Origin: a virus
Lineage: Duplodnaviria > Heunggongvirae > Uroviricota > Caudoviricetes
IMG/VR virus record: IMGVR_UViG_3300033067_001661
Coordinates: 32,001 to 96,000 of that record
Reading direction: 5' to 3' (one strand)
Length of the DNA: 64,000 bases
Made by a program: the position numbers and the translations under genes. The notes under the pieces were generated by a model. That model searched no databases. It saw only the letters and a list, made by a program, of their open reading frames with translations, and was not told where the DNA came from. Positions 18,072 through 28,206 of the stretch are shown piece by piece (positions within the stretch are counted from its first letter, which is position 1; each line of letters starts with the position of its first letter).

Positions 18072-19991
18072 TTATCTCCAATCAACATAAGGACCAAAAA
18101 GAGTTGAAAGATATTGTAATACTGGTGGCGGCGAAGAGGCCATAACTCCAACTGAAGTAACAACCATTCCAGGATTAGCCGACAGTAGTTGAGCAAAGCT
18201 CGTTCCAACAGTAAACGGGAAGTTTGCATCTTGTCCGCAATCGTCGAACGTTCCGTCTGAAAGAATGAAAACATTCTTCAAGTCATTAAACTCTGTATGC
18301 AGATTCGAAATAGCAGAACAGAAGTTTGTTGAAACTCCTGACGGTATAAAGAATGTTTCAAGATAAGAGATTATTTCATTTGCGTCCGAATATGTTTTAA
18401 GCTCTTTGCTTATTCTAATCGGGCTTCTATCGTTGAATCCAATAATCGTAATCTTGTCATTATATCTGACATAAGATTGCATCATTCCTCTGAAAGCGTC
18501 AATAATCATACTGATTCTTTGACCAGACATAGAAGCACTAATATCAACCAAGAACAACCAATGAGAACGACCAAGAACAAACGGGAATGGTGAAACCCTT
18601 GTATCTTCTCCGTTTATCGTTGTTGTTGAACCTATCGGAGAGGCAGACAAAGTATAACCCGTATCAACTGGAGTTACAGCGTCTATGTTAACTCTAAAGA
18701 GTTGACCGGCAGGATTGCTTGTATAAAGAACTTGTCCAGTAAGAGTATTGTCAGGGTCTTCAACAAACGCAAGAGTTTCAAGTCCTGCAAAGAGATTGTT
18801 GGTTGGAGAAACAGGTGTTATGTCTCCAGTGACGCCTATATTTGCTAACGAATCATTTAGCATACAATAGGCCTGTAAAGAAGAAGAATAAGTTGATGGG
18901 TATGCCAATCCTCCAATACGATATGATCCAGAAAAAGTTGCATTTATAAGAGAATGAGATAAATACTTAACTCCCGTTCTTTCCGAATATTCCATTCTAA
19001 TATACGAAGGTTGAGAACGTATCCCAATCTGGGTATTTATATGTACTGGATGAAAAAGGTACAAAGAAGCATCATAAATATTGTATTCAATTTTAGGACT
19101 ATATCCATCAAGGGCATTAGAAGGTATTGTAAAATTACAAGAATTGTCGCTAGAGAAAATACAAACGTTCTGTCCAAGATTGCCCCTATCAAATGTAGCA
19201 ACTTCGCCCAATCTTGCGCTTGAAGTTAGAGATCCAGGATAAAGCCTTCTTATGCCATCATTTGTTAAAACAAGCAACGTATTGTCAATAGGTATCCAAG
19301 TTATATCATACAACATGATATTTGGAGATATTGAAACATCAATATTACCTCTAAAAACTAACGCTCCAGAAAGCAATGCAAAATCATAAGAATACAAGGA
19401 ATATGTTGCTTCGCCGGTATTCTGATCTATAACTCTAGTAAGATACCAAATTCTTGTTGCTCTTCCAATGACGCCAGGCTGAGGAAGATCTGTACTTGGA
19501 ATAGAAAGCTCAACTTCGCAACATCCTATTTGTGTATACAATGGAATTTGTGGATACCTAAAGACATTGCCGCTAAGATCGTTTGTTATGGTTTCATAAG
19601 CAAATGTATCATATCTATTCGGCGCTTGAGCTTCGCAATTTGCATTATAACCGGCTGTTCTTATGAATTCGAATATTCTTCTATTGTTTAGATTGATAGC
19701 GTCTTGATAGGTTTCAACATCGACAATTGAATCCGAAAGCGCCGAGGCAGAAGGCATCATAACAAAGTAGCCTGGCGATCTTGACCTGTCAAATGAGCGA
19801 ACAGGAACTTCAACAGGGTAGCAACCAACAAAATAAGAAGAATACGCCAAAACTGAACGAGGATTAGCATTATCAGCAGGGTCGTTTGGGTCTACGCTTG
19901 TTATGGTCGTTAGTGTATCGCCACTCTCTCTATCCTTGATATTAAGAGTACAATGCCACCATTTTCTTTTTCCAATTGATTCACCAGGCAT
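18072..19991 (-). CDS. Putative virion protein with a beta-rich region and a C-terminal VWA domain
   Basis: FLVDISASMSG (MIDAS DxSxS), TNF, ILSDG; RBS TAAGGA. Confidence 0.7.
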   Translation of the reverse strand: MPGESIGKRKWWHCTLNIKDRESGDTLTTITSVDPNDPADNANPRSVLAYSSYFVGCYPVEVPVRSFDRSRSPGYFVMMPSASALSDSIVDVETYQDAINLNNRRIFEFIRTAGYNANCEAQAPNRYDTFAYETITNDLSGNVFRYPQIPLYTQIGCCEVELSIPSTDLPQPGVIGRATRIWYLTRVIDQNTGEATYSLYSYDFALLSGALVFRGNIDVSISPNIMLYDITWIPIDNTLLVLTNDGIRRLYPGSLTSSARLGEVATFDRGNLGQNVCIFSSDNSCNFTIPSNALDGYSPKIEYNIYDASLYLFHPVHINTQIGIRSQPSYIRMEYSERTGVKYLSHSLINATFSGSYRIGGLAYPSTYSSSLQAYCMLNDSLANIGVTGDITPVSPTNNLFAGLETLAFVEDPDNTLTGQVLYTSNPAGQLFRVNIDAVTPVDTGYTLSASPIGSTTTINGEDTRVSPFPFVLGRSHWLFLVDISASMSGQRISMIIDAFRGMMQSYVRYNDKITIIGFNDRSPIRISKELKTYSDANEIISYLETFFIPSGVSTNFCSAISNLHTEFNDLKNVFILSDGTFDDCGQDANFPFTVGTSFAQLLSANPGMVVTSVGVMASSPPPVLQYLSTLFGPYVDWR

Positions 19992-20001
19992 TCTTTAGTC
20001 C

Positions 20002-23000
20002 TTACGTTTCCTTCTGATTATAATAGTAGCGGTAACAGATATCAACTTCTGGAGAGGTAAATAGACCCTGAGGGAAGAGAAGGTTCAATCCAATAACCAC
20101 ATCGTCTTCTCTAACGCCATTCACCCAATTCTTGAAGGTGTACCCGATACCAACAACAACAATCTCGTTATTGCTACAGTCTTTGATATTATCGTCTGGA
20201 GGGAAACTAAACTGCGGCTTGACATACAAATACGAACTTTCTGAATTCAATAGATTTCTAATCTCAAAAATGTCAGTAATTGGAGATGTTCTATCAGGAA
20301 GAAGTAAGAACTCTCTATTGAGCCTTTGCATCAATGGCAAGTTCGAATTCAAACTAGAACAAGAAGCAAACTGAAGAACATCAAGTTGATTACCAACTGG
20401 GAAGTAAAACCCTTGAACCTCAGGAGTATAGCTCGACTTGATAAGTAACAATGCATTGCCATTTTTGAATGTTGGAATGTTTGTTGCCGTAATAAGTATA
20501 GGCGCATTAACTGCTATGTTGTAGTTTATAGGCGTTGTCAAGTTTGAACAATCAACAAGTGTTTCATAAGCCACTTCAATTCTGTTCTGAATAATCTCTG
20601 GTCCAGTTGGCTTTGGAGGGTCAATAAGATTCCAGAAGAAATCGCAAAGACCAATATCATAAACACAAGTGTAATCATGATAAATGGTTACTCTCGCTGT
20701 GCCTTCAACCTCAGTCGTTCTACCCTTGACAAGAATATCAACATTCAAATAACATCCAACCAACGATTCTTCGTCGTCATTTTGCGCCAACAATGAAGCA
20801 AGATACCTCTTGACCGCATGCTCAATTCTTAGAATCCAAACTTGAGGATTTCCAGGAACAGGAATCAAAGATATTGCATTTGAAACTTCTGGCGGGAGAT
20901 TGGTAGTAATACTAAAATCATAACTTTCGTCGTCGTCAAATACATTTCTATTGTAGTAAGAACCAAGATGAGGGATTGTTCCTGAAGGATCAAGAGTAAG
21001 AGTAGCTTCTGGAGAAATAAGAACATCCCAAGATCCCCTATTATCAAGAACAAGACCAAAGACTCTTGCGACCTTAGATTCTGTTTGAGACTTCGTATTA
21101 TTTGTTCGATTGACTGCCAAGAAGCCAAACTGATCAAGTTCTGCTGGCTTGTTTGTTATTTTCAATGTTATTGAATCGAGAATACATGAATCCTCAATTG
21201 TTACATCCATAAGCGTTGAATAAACAGGAACTGATATAGTGACAGGAACTCCAAGCCCCTGTTCTGTCCAAACGCTTGTAAACTTAGAATCAGTAGGTAC
21301 AAATGCGTTTATAGAATATGGATTATAACCGTTGCTATATCTTACTAAGCCAGAATAACAAGAAGCAGTTGAAGCATATGTTGTTACCGAATCTTCGGTC
21401 GTTCTGCTCTTAACTAGAAGATAAACAACGTCAGCGTCTATCGTTGTAAAGTTGATTGGGAAAACAGTATTGTAAACAGGCTCAAAGAAAGCATTCGGAG
21501 CAGTATAAGGATAGAAAACACCGTCTTTCTCATATCCGCCAAGAGCAACCTGTATACCGCTTGTTATAGTTCCGCCACCGCCAGGAGGACCGCCTGGACC
21601 TCCATTACTTGCAAAAGCAATGCTATAAGAAATTGTTACATTCTCTGTTGGTATTAGAACATTCGAAATATTTGTTACAGTTCCATTTAGCGTTTTTGGG
21701 AGAGGATTGGATCTTATGTCACTTGTTGTAAATGGAGAAATAAGTCTTAAAGGTCTAGCGTCTGAATGTTGACTTGTTGCAGTATTTATACTTACATCAA
21801 TATTAGAAGCCCAATCAGTTTGTATAGCATTTACCAAAGATACAAGAGTTGAATACTGCGATAGCTGATACCTTCTAACATAAGGTATTTCAGCTTGAGC
21901 ATTCATATTTATATTACCTTGAGTAACTATATCCCAAGGACTAATTGGAGAAGAATTGAGAAGAATGATCGAATTGCCATAATTCGAATCGACAAGAGAC
22001 GCTGTAATATAATCCGAAAGATTTGTGTTTATGAGATTTACAAAATCTCCTAATGTTGTAAATGCATCTCCTTGAACTTGAGTAGCAACAGAAAAAACGC
22101 CTGTTAGATTGAATTTAGAAAAAGTGTTTACAACGGAATTGCCTTCTGAAAGCTGTAAGGTATTTGGAGGCCTAAAATATCTAGTCCATAAAGATGGCCC
22201 ATAGGCAAAAACTGAAACATCGCTTCCGTTTGGCGTTTGCGGAGCAAGAAGATTTGCCGATGGTAAGTTTCCGTAAAAAGATACTGGAACAGAGCAATTA
22301 ACTTGCAATCTTGGCGGTAGCATTGTATAGGACGGGTAAGACCCTCTAACGCTTGAATTTGCTATAACCGCATTAAGCTGAGTCGTAATATTCGTTGCAA
22401 CTTGCTGGATCGTTGTATTAGTTTGCGTATTAACTATTATAGGAGTTCCCTGCAATAGCAAGTTTGCATTATACTGCGAAAAATGAGTGCTATCAGAAGA
22501 TATATCAAGCAAACATTGAGGATCAGAGACTATGGAATGACCATATTGAACTCTATTTTGGACCAAATTAACATATGTATCAGCAAGAGAAAGGCCAAAT
22601 GGGATTAGAGCAAGCTCCCTCCATTCAGTTGTATTTGGAATAAACCACTCTAATATAAGACCATAACTTCCAAACGTCTGTATAAGCCATTGTTCAAATT
22701 CTCTAAATGTTTTTCTAACAGGATTAGATGGATCTGTTACTAAATCGTGAGGAATAAATTCTCTTTGAAACTGAGAAGAATTTGCGTCTTCTGGCTCAAG
22801 TACAAAAACAATAGAATTTGGAGTATTGGGAGAAGAAGCAAGATCTGTAATTGATTCGGATCTAACATCTCCCATTCTGCCGTATTGATATATTGTAACA
22901 ATATTGAATGAAAGACCATTATGCCATAATGGATATTGGCTTAATAAACGACTTCTTACTTCTGCAACAAAATCCTTAACGGTCATGTCATTTGAAAAAT

Positions 23001-24216
23001 CTTCATATCTAAAAGTTGCTGGACCGTTATGATAACCAACAAGCTCAAAATAGTTGTTTAAGGAATTTGTTCTATCTATATTTAGGGTAACAGATACAAA
23101 AACGCTTCCGGTCTGATTTTGAAGATTAAAAGGTCTTCTTACAGCAGCACCAGAATCGTTACAATTGTAATACATGCTAACTTTGCGATTATTTCCAGTT
23201 CCTGTAACTAAAGAACTAAGCTCAACAGATTCTGCTGAATAGATATAATATCGCAACATATCGCCAGATTGTAAAACGCCATTAAGATATCTTCCAATTC
23301 CATAGCGTATAGAGTATTTCAATCTTCGATATATACTTGATTCTCTATAAGGGAAAGAGGCACCACCCGCAGAACCGGAAGGCAATCTCCATAAGCCAAT
23401 AAAGGCATTCATATTCAAGTTTAGATCTGTAGTTATAGTTCCATCTGTAAATGGCAATGGAGTCAAATTCGCAGGAACAAGCCTAATGCCTTCTCTATTT
23501 GTAAAATCTTCTATAACATCAAGACGCAAAGTGTAGTCAAGAGGACTAACGTTGTTGTAAGATATAGACGCAAGAGTTACATTTCTAGAAGTCGGCCAGT
23601 TTCTCTGTATAGAAATGGCAGGAACAGTTTGTCTTATATTACCAGCGTTAATGGACAACTCGCCATTATCAACTGAAACTATGATTGGATTTGGAAAACT
23701 CGAAGGAGGAGCATTGCTTCCATCAAAATTCAAGAACGGTATTACAATGTTATTACTTGGAACGTCTACGTTTGAATCTTCGAATGGTATATTTACAGTA
23801 AACTCTCTTATGCCAGAACTTGCAATAGGAGTTAGATTTACCGTAAAAGTCGCAATGTCGTCAATACCGTTTGAAGCTGGCGTTTCAACCAAAAAGATTG
23901 AACTTCTAATAATGGAAAGCTGAGAATTTGTAAGGCCAGTTCCTGAAACGGTAATAACAGGGTTTCCTGTTGAAACATTTCTTTTAACTCTAAACTGACC
24001 GCTATAAATAGTGCCGTCAGGGTCTTGGCCAGGAACGCCAACAACCGTCATTGTACAAACGCTCGTTTCAGGATTCGGAACCTGAGACGAGATTGATATA
24101 TTCGAAAGAAAGGGACCAGGCGCTGGTACGTCAACGGGAACTCCGTCATAGGTCATTGAAGAACCAATAAACCTTTGTTCTCGAAAGTTTATGTTTGATA
24201 CATATGATTGAGCCAT
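20002..24216 (-). CDS. Large putative structural (tail/baseplate/fibre-type) protein, 1404 aa
   Basis: Very long Ser/Thr/Asn/Val-rich, Lys-poor ORF within a structural-type block. Confidence 0.55.
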   Translation of the reverse strand: MAQSYVSNINFREQRFIGSSMTYDGVPVDVPAPGPFLSNISISSQVPNPETSVCTMTVVGVPGQDPDGTIYSGQFRVKRNVSTGNPVITVSGTGLTNSQLSIIRSSIFLVETPASNGIDDIATFTVNLTPIASSGIREFTVNIPFEDSNVDVPSNNIVIPFLNFDGSNAPPSSFPNPIIVSVDNGELSINAGNIRQTVPAISIQRNWPTSRNVTLASISYNNVSPLDYTLRLDVIEDFTNREGIRLVPANLTPLPFTDGTITTDLNLNMNAFIGLWRLPSGSAGGASFPYRESSIYRRLKYSIRYGIGRYLNGVLQSGDMLRYYIYSAESVELSSLVTGTGNNRKVSMYYNCNDSGAAVRRPFNLQNQTGSVFVSVTLNIDRTNSLNNYFELVGYHNGPATFRYEDFSNDMTVKDFVAEVRSRLLSQYPLWHNGLSFNIVTIYQYGRMGDVRSESITDLASSPNTPNSIVFVLEPEDANSSQFQREFIPHDLVTDPSNPVRKTFREFEQWLIQTFGSYGLILEWFIPNTTEWRELALIPFGLSLADTYVNLVQNRVQYGHSIVSDPQCLLDISSDSTHFSQYNANLLLQGTPIIVNTQTNTTIQQVATNITTQLNAVIANSSVRGSYPSYTMLPPRLQVNCSVPVSFYGNLPSANLLAPQTPNGSDVSVFAYGPSLWTRYFRPPNTLQLSEGNSVVNTFSKFNLTGVFSVATQVQGDAFTTLGDFVNLINTNLSDYITASLVDSNYGNSIILLNSSPISPWDIVTQGNINMNAQAEIPYVRRYQLSQYSTLVSLVNAIQTDWASNIDVSINTATSQHSDARPLRLISPFTTSDIRSNPLPKTLNGTVTNISNVLIPTENVTISYSIAFASNGGPGGPPGGGGTITSGIQVALGGYEKDGVFYPYTAPNAFFEPVYNTVFPINFTTIDADVVYLLVKSRTTEDSVTTYASTASCYSGLVRYSNGYNPYSINAFVPTDSKFTSVWTEQGLGVPVTISVPVYSTLMDVTIEDSCILDSITLKITNKPAELDQFGFLAVNRTNNTKSQTESKVARVFGLVLDNRGSWDVLISPEATLTLDPSGTIPHLGSYYNRNVFDDDESYDFSITTNLPPEVSNAISLIPVPGNPQVWILRIEHAVKRYLASLLAQNDDEESLVGCYLNVDILVKGRTTEVEGTARVTIYHDYTCVYDIGLCDFFWNLIDPPKPTGPEIIQNRIEVAYETLVDCSNLTTPINYNIAVNAPILITATNIPTFKNGNALLLIKSSYTPEVQGFYFPVGNQLDVLQFASCSSLNSNLPLMQRLNREFLLLPDRTSPITDIFEIRNLLNSESSYLYVKPQFSFPPDDNIKDCSNNEIVVVGIGYTFKNWVNGVREDDVVIGLNLLFPQGLFTSPEVDICYRYYYNQKET

Positions 24217-24222
24217 CTATTT

Positions 24223-26910
24223 TCAGACCTTTACATACTTACCAGGAAGCTCTACGCCAACTTCAACTCGCTGCTTTTTACCATTTGAGTCTTCCAATAC
24301 AACATATCCGTCAGATTTAGAAACAACTCTAAAAGATTCTTCTTGACTTGCTTCAAAAGCAATGCCTGAAGACTTACTTCTAAATCTGTCTCCAACAGCA
24401 ACCATTGAAGAAGAGCCAGGCTCTCTATAAATCATCGACTTAACGCCTTCCCATTCTGAAGGAGAACCTTCTCCAGGAAGTCTACCGCCAGCGCCAAACT
24501 CAGAAGCAGAACTTGCGTCTGCCTCTTTTACTCTATTATACCAGCCTTGAGCCTTTTTTGGACCATACATATTCTCTATCTCCATTCGCATAGACTCAAC
24601 AAACGCAATTGCTTGCTGTTCGTCCACGATATTACCGCCAAGCTGCTCTTCAAGAAGCTTGTCTTGAATATACTTAATGAAAGAGGGCAATCCCTTTGGC
24701 GGCTTAGGAGTTAGAGTAGGAAACATCTGCTGTAAACGGTTGCCGTCAACAAGCGGTTTCATCTGAATTGGAACAGGCCTATTCAAGTATTCTCTCATTT
24801 GCTCGGCATGTTGACCCTTTAGGTCAAAGTCAGCCTGATCGCCTTCATCAGACTTCGCCATTGTATCTGCTTGAGCATGCATCATAACAAACTCCCAGAG
24901 ATCCTTTCGGTCGCTACCTGGGATTTGCGTATCACGCATAAACTTACCAATGGATTTGTTAGTCCAAGAGTCAGTGTGAGGCCTCATATGTTGACGAACA
25001 ACGACATTGACAAACTTACGGTCGTCTTCGCCAATACCAATTCTCTTCATGATGGCGTCAGCTATGTCAGCAGACTTATCCTCATGACCAACATAGGTAT
25101 ATTCGCCTGGATCATGTTCTTTCGGCTTTCCAATTTCAGGATGAGCCTTACCATAATCATGAAAGACCGCAGCCATAAGCATGTTGATTCGATCTTTCTT
25201 GGAAACATTTCTTTGCTTCATGAGTTTGTCAAGATTTTCGACAACTCTCAAAGTATGCTCAAGAAGGTTGAACTTGTGATGCCTATTCCTTTGGTCCATG
25301 TTAAGGGGAAGTAGGTTCCTTGTCTCTTCAGCGTCAAAAATAGCAGCGTCGAGACCTGTTGCAAACATGGCTCGAATGGCAGCCGCAGGTCTTTCTGCGC
25401 CAAACATCTTAATAATTTCAGGACCAGCCCTCTCAGGAGCCACCTTGCTTCTATAGGCATTATGAACATCAGGGTCTCTCATTGCATTGAGAGTCCCTTC
25501 GTCAATATTTGCATTTGGATAACGACTATAGAAACGGAAAACTCTAAGCATTCGCAAAGGGTCGTCCATAAACGTCTTTTTCGGGTCCAGAGGCGTCCTA
25601 AGAACCATAGATTGAAGATCTTTGAGACCTCCAACATAATCCTCGACCTGACCAGTATTAACGTTATAGAACATGGCGTTGATTGTTAAATCTCGCCTCA
25701 AAGCGTCAACCTTTGGATCGTCAGAAAGAGTCATTGTTGGAATACGAGAATCGCCATAGCTCTCGTCTCGAAGGTTGACAAAATCAATCTTCAAACCACC
25801 AATGTCAAGAGCGGTTGTTTCAAGATGCTTTGACTTCTCAACATTCTGCTTTACAACATATGCAGAGTCAACCTTAATGGGAGAACCTGGAACCATCTTT
25901 GTATATTCAATGGCCTTATTGACAAACTGTTGTCCAGTCATTTTGTCAAGAGCGATATCAATATCGTCGCTTGGAGTTCCAAGAAGTTTATCTCGAACCC
26001 AGCCGCCTGCAACTCTGAAAGTAATACCCAAAGACATCTTTGTATTGATATCCATGAGGGTTGCAAAGATTGTTTGCTCTTGAGGAGTTAGATTGATTTG
26101 AGGCATTGCTGCTGCTTCTTTTCTACGTCCAATATGACGAACTATGCTGTCAAAAAATCCAGAGTTAGCCCAATATTCTGCTGTATATCTCTCTGGCCTT
26201 CTCTTATATACTTTACTATCAGGATGCCTGTCCCATCTTATTGATAATACATCTTGCAAAGCCTGCGTTGGGCTAATAGACCTACACTTCTCTTTATGAA
26301 TACCAAGAGAGGGTATATCAACCTCAAATAAGTGCATTGTTCTTGCGAACTTATACTTATCTATACCAGGTATGAAAGAAGTCGTATAAACAGGACAGCC
26401 AATATTAGTCTCTTTAGAAATTGCTTCAACTACTCGAACATTTTCATACCCGCCTCCCTCAACAACAATGCAGTTGATCGCATCTGTTATATCGAGTTCA
26501 TTGGAGTCAAAAATCGCAAGACCACCATAAGTCTTGACTTCGCAGCCATTCTTTTCTGCAATTTTGTTCGGGTCTAACGACAAGAACAATCTGCATTTCT
26601 GTTCTTTGAAAATTCTATCAGAGGCGGCATTGGAGAACAATAGAATACTAGAAGGAGCGGTAACTCTCTTTGTCTCTAGTATCCTGCGAAGCTGAACAAT
26701 GTCGCATGGATAAACCGACTTGCCATAAAACTCCTTATTCTCGAAAACGACCTGCAATAAATGCCTTGGAGAAACCTGCAAAATTCTCTCTGTATCTCTA
26801 GCGGAAAGAAGAGCGCGAATTATATCCTTAGCAAGATCTTCAGTCAACTTCTGACCGCAATTCTGCTGATAAACCGTAATCGTGTCTTTGATGATCGTTT
26901 CGAAATCCAT
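24223..26910 (-). CDS. cca: CCA tRNA nucleotidyltransferase (class II) with HD domain and N-/C-terminal extensions
   Basis: RVAGGWVRDKLLG..SDDIDI, KSKHLET, DFVNLR.E.Y..SRIP, DALRRDLTINAMFYN, DDPLRMLR; HD domain EHT...FHDYGK...HEDKS. Confidence 0.9.
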   Translation of the reverse strand: MDFETIIKDTITVYQQNCGQKLTEDLAKDIIRALLSARDTERILQVSPRHLLQVVFENKEFYGKSVYPCDIVQLRRILETKRVTAPSSILLFSNAASDRIFKEQKCRLFLSLDPNKIAEKNGCEVKTYGGLAIFDSNELDITDAINCIVVEGGGYENVRVVEAISKETNIGCPVYTTSFIPGIDKYKFARTMHLFEVDIPSLGIHKEKCRSISPTQALQDVLSIRWDRHPDSKVYKRRPERYTAEYWANSGFFDSIVRHIGRRKEAAAMPQINLTPQEQTIFATLMDINTKMSLGITFRVAGGWVRDKLLGTPSDDIDIALDKMTGQQFVNKAIEYTKMVPGSPIKVDSAYVVKQNVEKSKHLETTALDIGGLKIDFVNLRDESYGDSRIPTMTLSDDPKVDALRRDLTINAMFYNVNTGQVEDYVGGLKDLQSMVLRTPLDPKKTFMDDPLRMLRVFRFYSRYPNANIDEGTLNAMRDPDVHNAYRSKVAPERAGPEIIKMFGAERPAAAIRAMFATGLDAAIFDAEETRNLLPLNMDQRNRHHKFNLLEHTLRVVENLDKLMKQRNVSKKDRINMLMAAVFHDYGKAHPEIGKPKEHDPGEYTYVGHEDKSADIADAIMKRIGIGEDDRKFVNVVVRQHMRPHTDSWTNKSIGKFMRDTQIPGSDRKDLWEFVMMHAQADTMAKSDEGDQADFDLKGQHAEQMREYLNRPVPIQMKPLVDGNRLQQMFPTLTPKPPKGLPSFIKYIQDKLLEEQLGGNIVDEQQAIAFVESMRMEIENMYGPKKAQGWYNRVKEADASSASEFGAGGRLPGEGSPSEWEGVKSMIYREPGSSSMVAVGDRFRSKSSGIAFEASQEESFRVVSKSDGYVVLEDSNGKKQRVEVGVELPGKYVKV

Positions 26911-26912
26911 TG

Positions 26913-27140
26913 TTAAGACCTCTTTCTCCTACACCCTCCGCAACCAGGTTTAGCAGGCTTTGGAGCAGGAGTAGTCTGAGGCGACGGAGGAGCCGCTGGT
27001 GGAGGGGATGTTTTTGACTGGTTTGGTTGACTTGGCGGAGTTTGAGATTGAGAAACTACTGTTGCTGGTTTCATCTGCGGGGTTCCAAGGCCAATCTTCT
27101 GAAACAATCTTTTCTTCTGTATGATATCATTTAGTGACAT
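26913..27140 (-). CDS. Small Pro-rich protein with C-terminal CGGC
   Basis: 75-aa ORF filling the operon gap; ends KPGCGGCRRKRS. Confidence 0.55.
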   Translation of the reverse strand: MSLNDIIQKKRLFQKIGLGTPQMKPATVVSQSQTPPSQPNQSKTSPPPAAPPSPQTTPAPKPAKPGCGGCRRKRS

Positions 27141-27795
27141 TTAATGTCTCCGTTTCCTTAACTACTACGTCTAGAATATCCTGTATGGCTTGTTTAGCCT
27201 CTGGACTTTTAGCATCATTCCATTTGATTGTCATAACGTTATTGAGTCTTTCAATTAGTATCTTGACTGGTTCATTTTCTGATTGCAATGCCTTAATTCG
27301 CTCTTGAACTTTAGTCGCCTGATCAATAAGCTTTATTAGAGTCTCATGACTCTTCCTCATTTCCTCAGGATTTGTTTGATGAATTGCAGATGCAAGCATA
27401 TGTATTTGTTGATCAAGCAAAGAAGAATAAAGCCTTAGACGGTCTTCGTCTTGCATCTTGATTTTAGAATAGTCTTCTAAGTTTTCCGCATAAGCCTTTA
27501 TTCTGGCTTCTATCATTGGTTTCTGATAATGCTGAACAAAATGATTATGAACAGCTTTATCAGAAATATCTTCTTTCTTACTCTTCAACCACTTATAAAC
27601 ATAATGAGGATTCTTGCCTTCAGCAAACATCTCTTCAGCTTCTGTTCTATAGATTGAATTACAGAGTTTGCAGTTTGTTTTGACTATGGGATGGCATGTT
27701 AGGTCTTTAGCATAATCTATAATGCTAGAATACTCTCTTGGGTCTTTCGCAAGAGCTTTTGTTTCTGCTTTTTGTATGTCCTTGTCTTCAGCCAC
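27127..27795 (-). CDS. Zn-finger/HTH plus coiled-coil protein (possibly terminase-small-subunit-like)
   Basis: CKLC...HNHFVQH; GTG start with AGGAG RBS. Confidence 0.45.
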   Translation of the reverse strand: MAEDKDIQKAETKALAKDPREYSSIIDYAKDLTCHPIVKTNCKLCNSIYRTEAEEMFAEGKNPHYVYKWLKSKKEDISDKAVHNHFVQHYQKPMIEARIKAYAENLEDYSKIKMQDEDRLRLYSSLLDQQIHMLASAIHQTNPEEMRKSHETLIKLIDQATKVQERIKALQSENEPVKILIERLNNVMTIKWNDAKSPEAKQAIQDILDVVVKETETLNVTK

Positions 27796-27807
27796 AGCTT
27801 TCTCCTA

Positions 27808-28206
27808 TTAGAACAAACCTTTTTTAGGCTTGATGTAGTCTTTAGGGCCGTCTGAGAACTCTTCTCTAAGTTCTACAAGCTTAGAGATTCTTCTGTCAAG
27901 TTCTATTGCGGCCTCTTTACAAAGATCGGCAAACTTTGAAGGAGAATCCATCGCAACTTTATCAGCTTGTTCCAAAAGCTCCATAACAATCGGAAATGAC
28001 GAAATCTTCTTATTAGCCCTCAACTCGGCAACAACGCCTCTTGCTCCTCTTTGTGTTTGATAAACTAACCTTGCGCAATAATCAAGCATATCAGCAATGC
28101 CTATCAAGGATTCAATTCTTGAATTAACAAGATTTCTGTCAGAAAAGTTATCAATCTTGAAAGATTGATCCTCGTCAAACATTTGCTGGCTCTTCTTATA
28201 CCACAT
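27808..28206 (-). CDS. Hypothetical protein with N-terminal WYK motif
   Basis: 132-aa ORF starting MWYKKSQ; TAATG coupling to the upstream gene. Confidence 0.65.
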   Translation of the reverse strand: MWYKKSQQMFDEDQSFKIDNFSDRNLVNSRIESLIGIADMLDYCARLVYQTQRGARGVVAELRANKKISSFPIVMELLEQADKVAMDSPSKFADLCKEAAIELDRRISKLVELREEFSDGPKDYIKPKKGLF

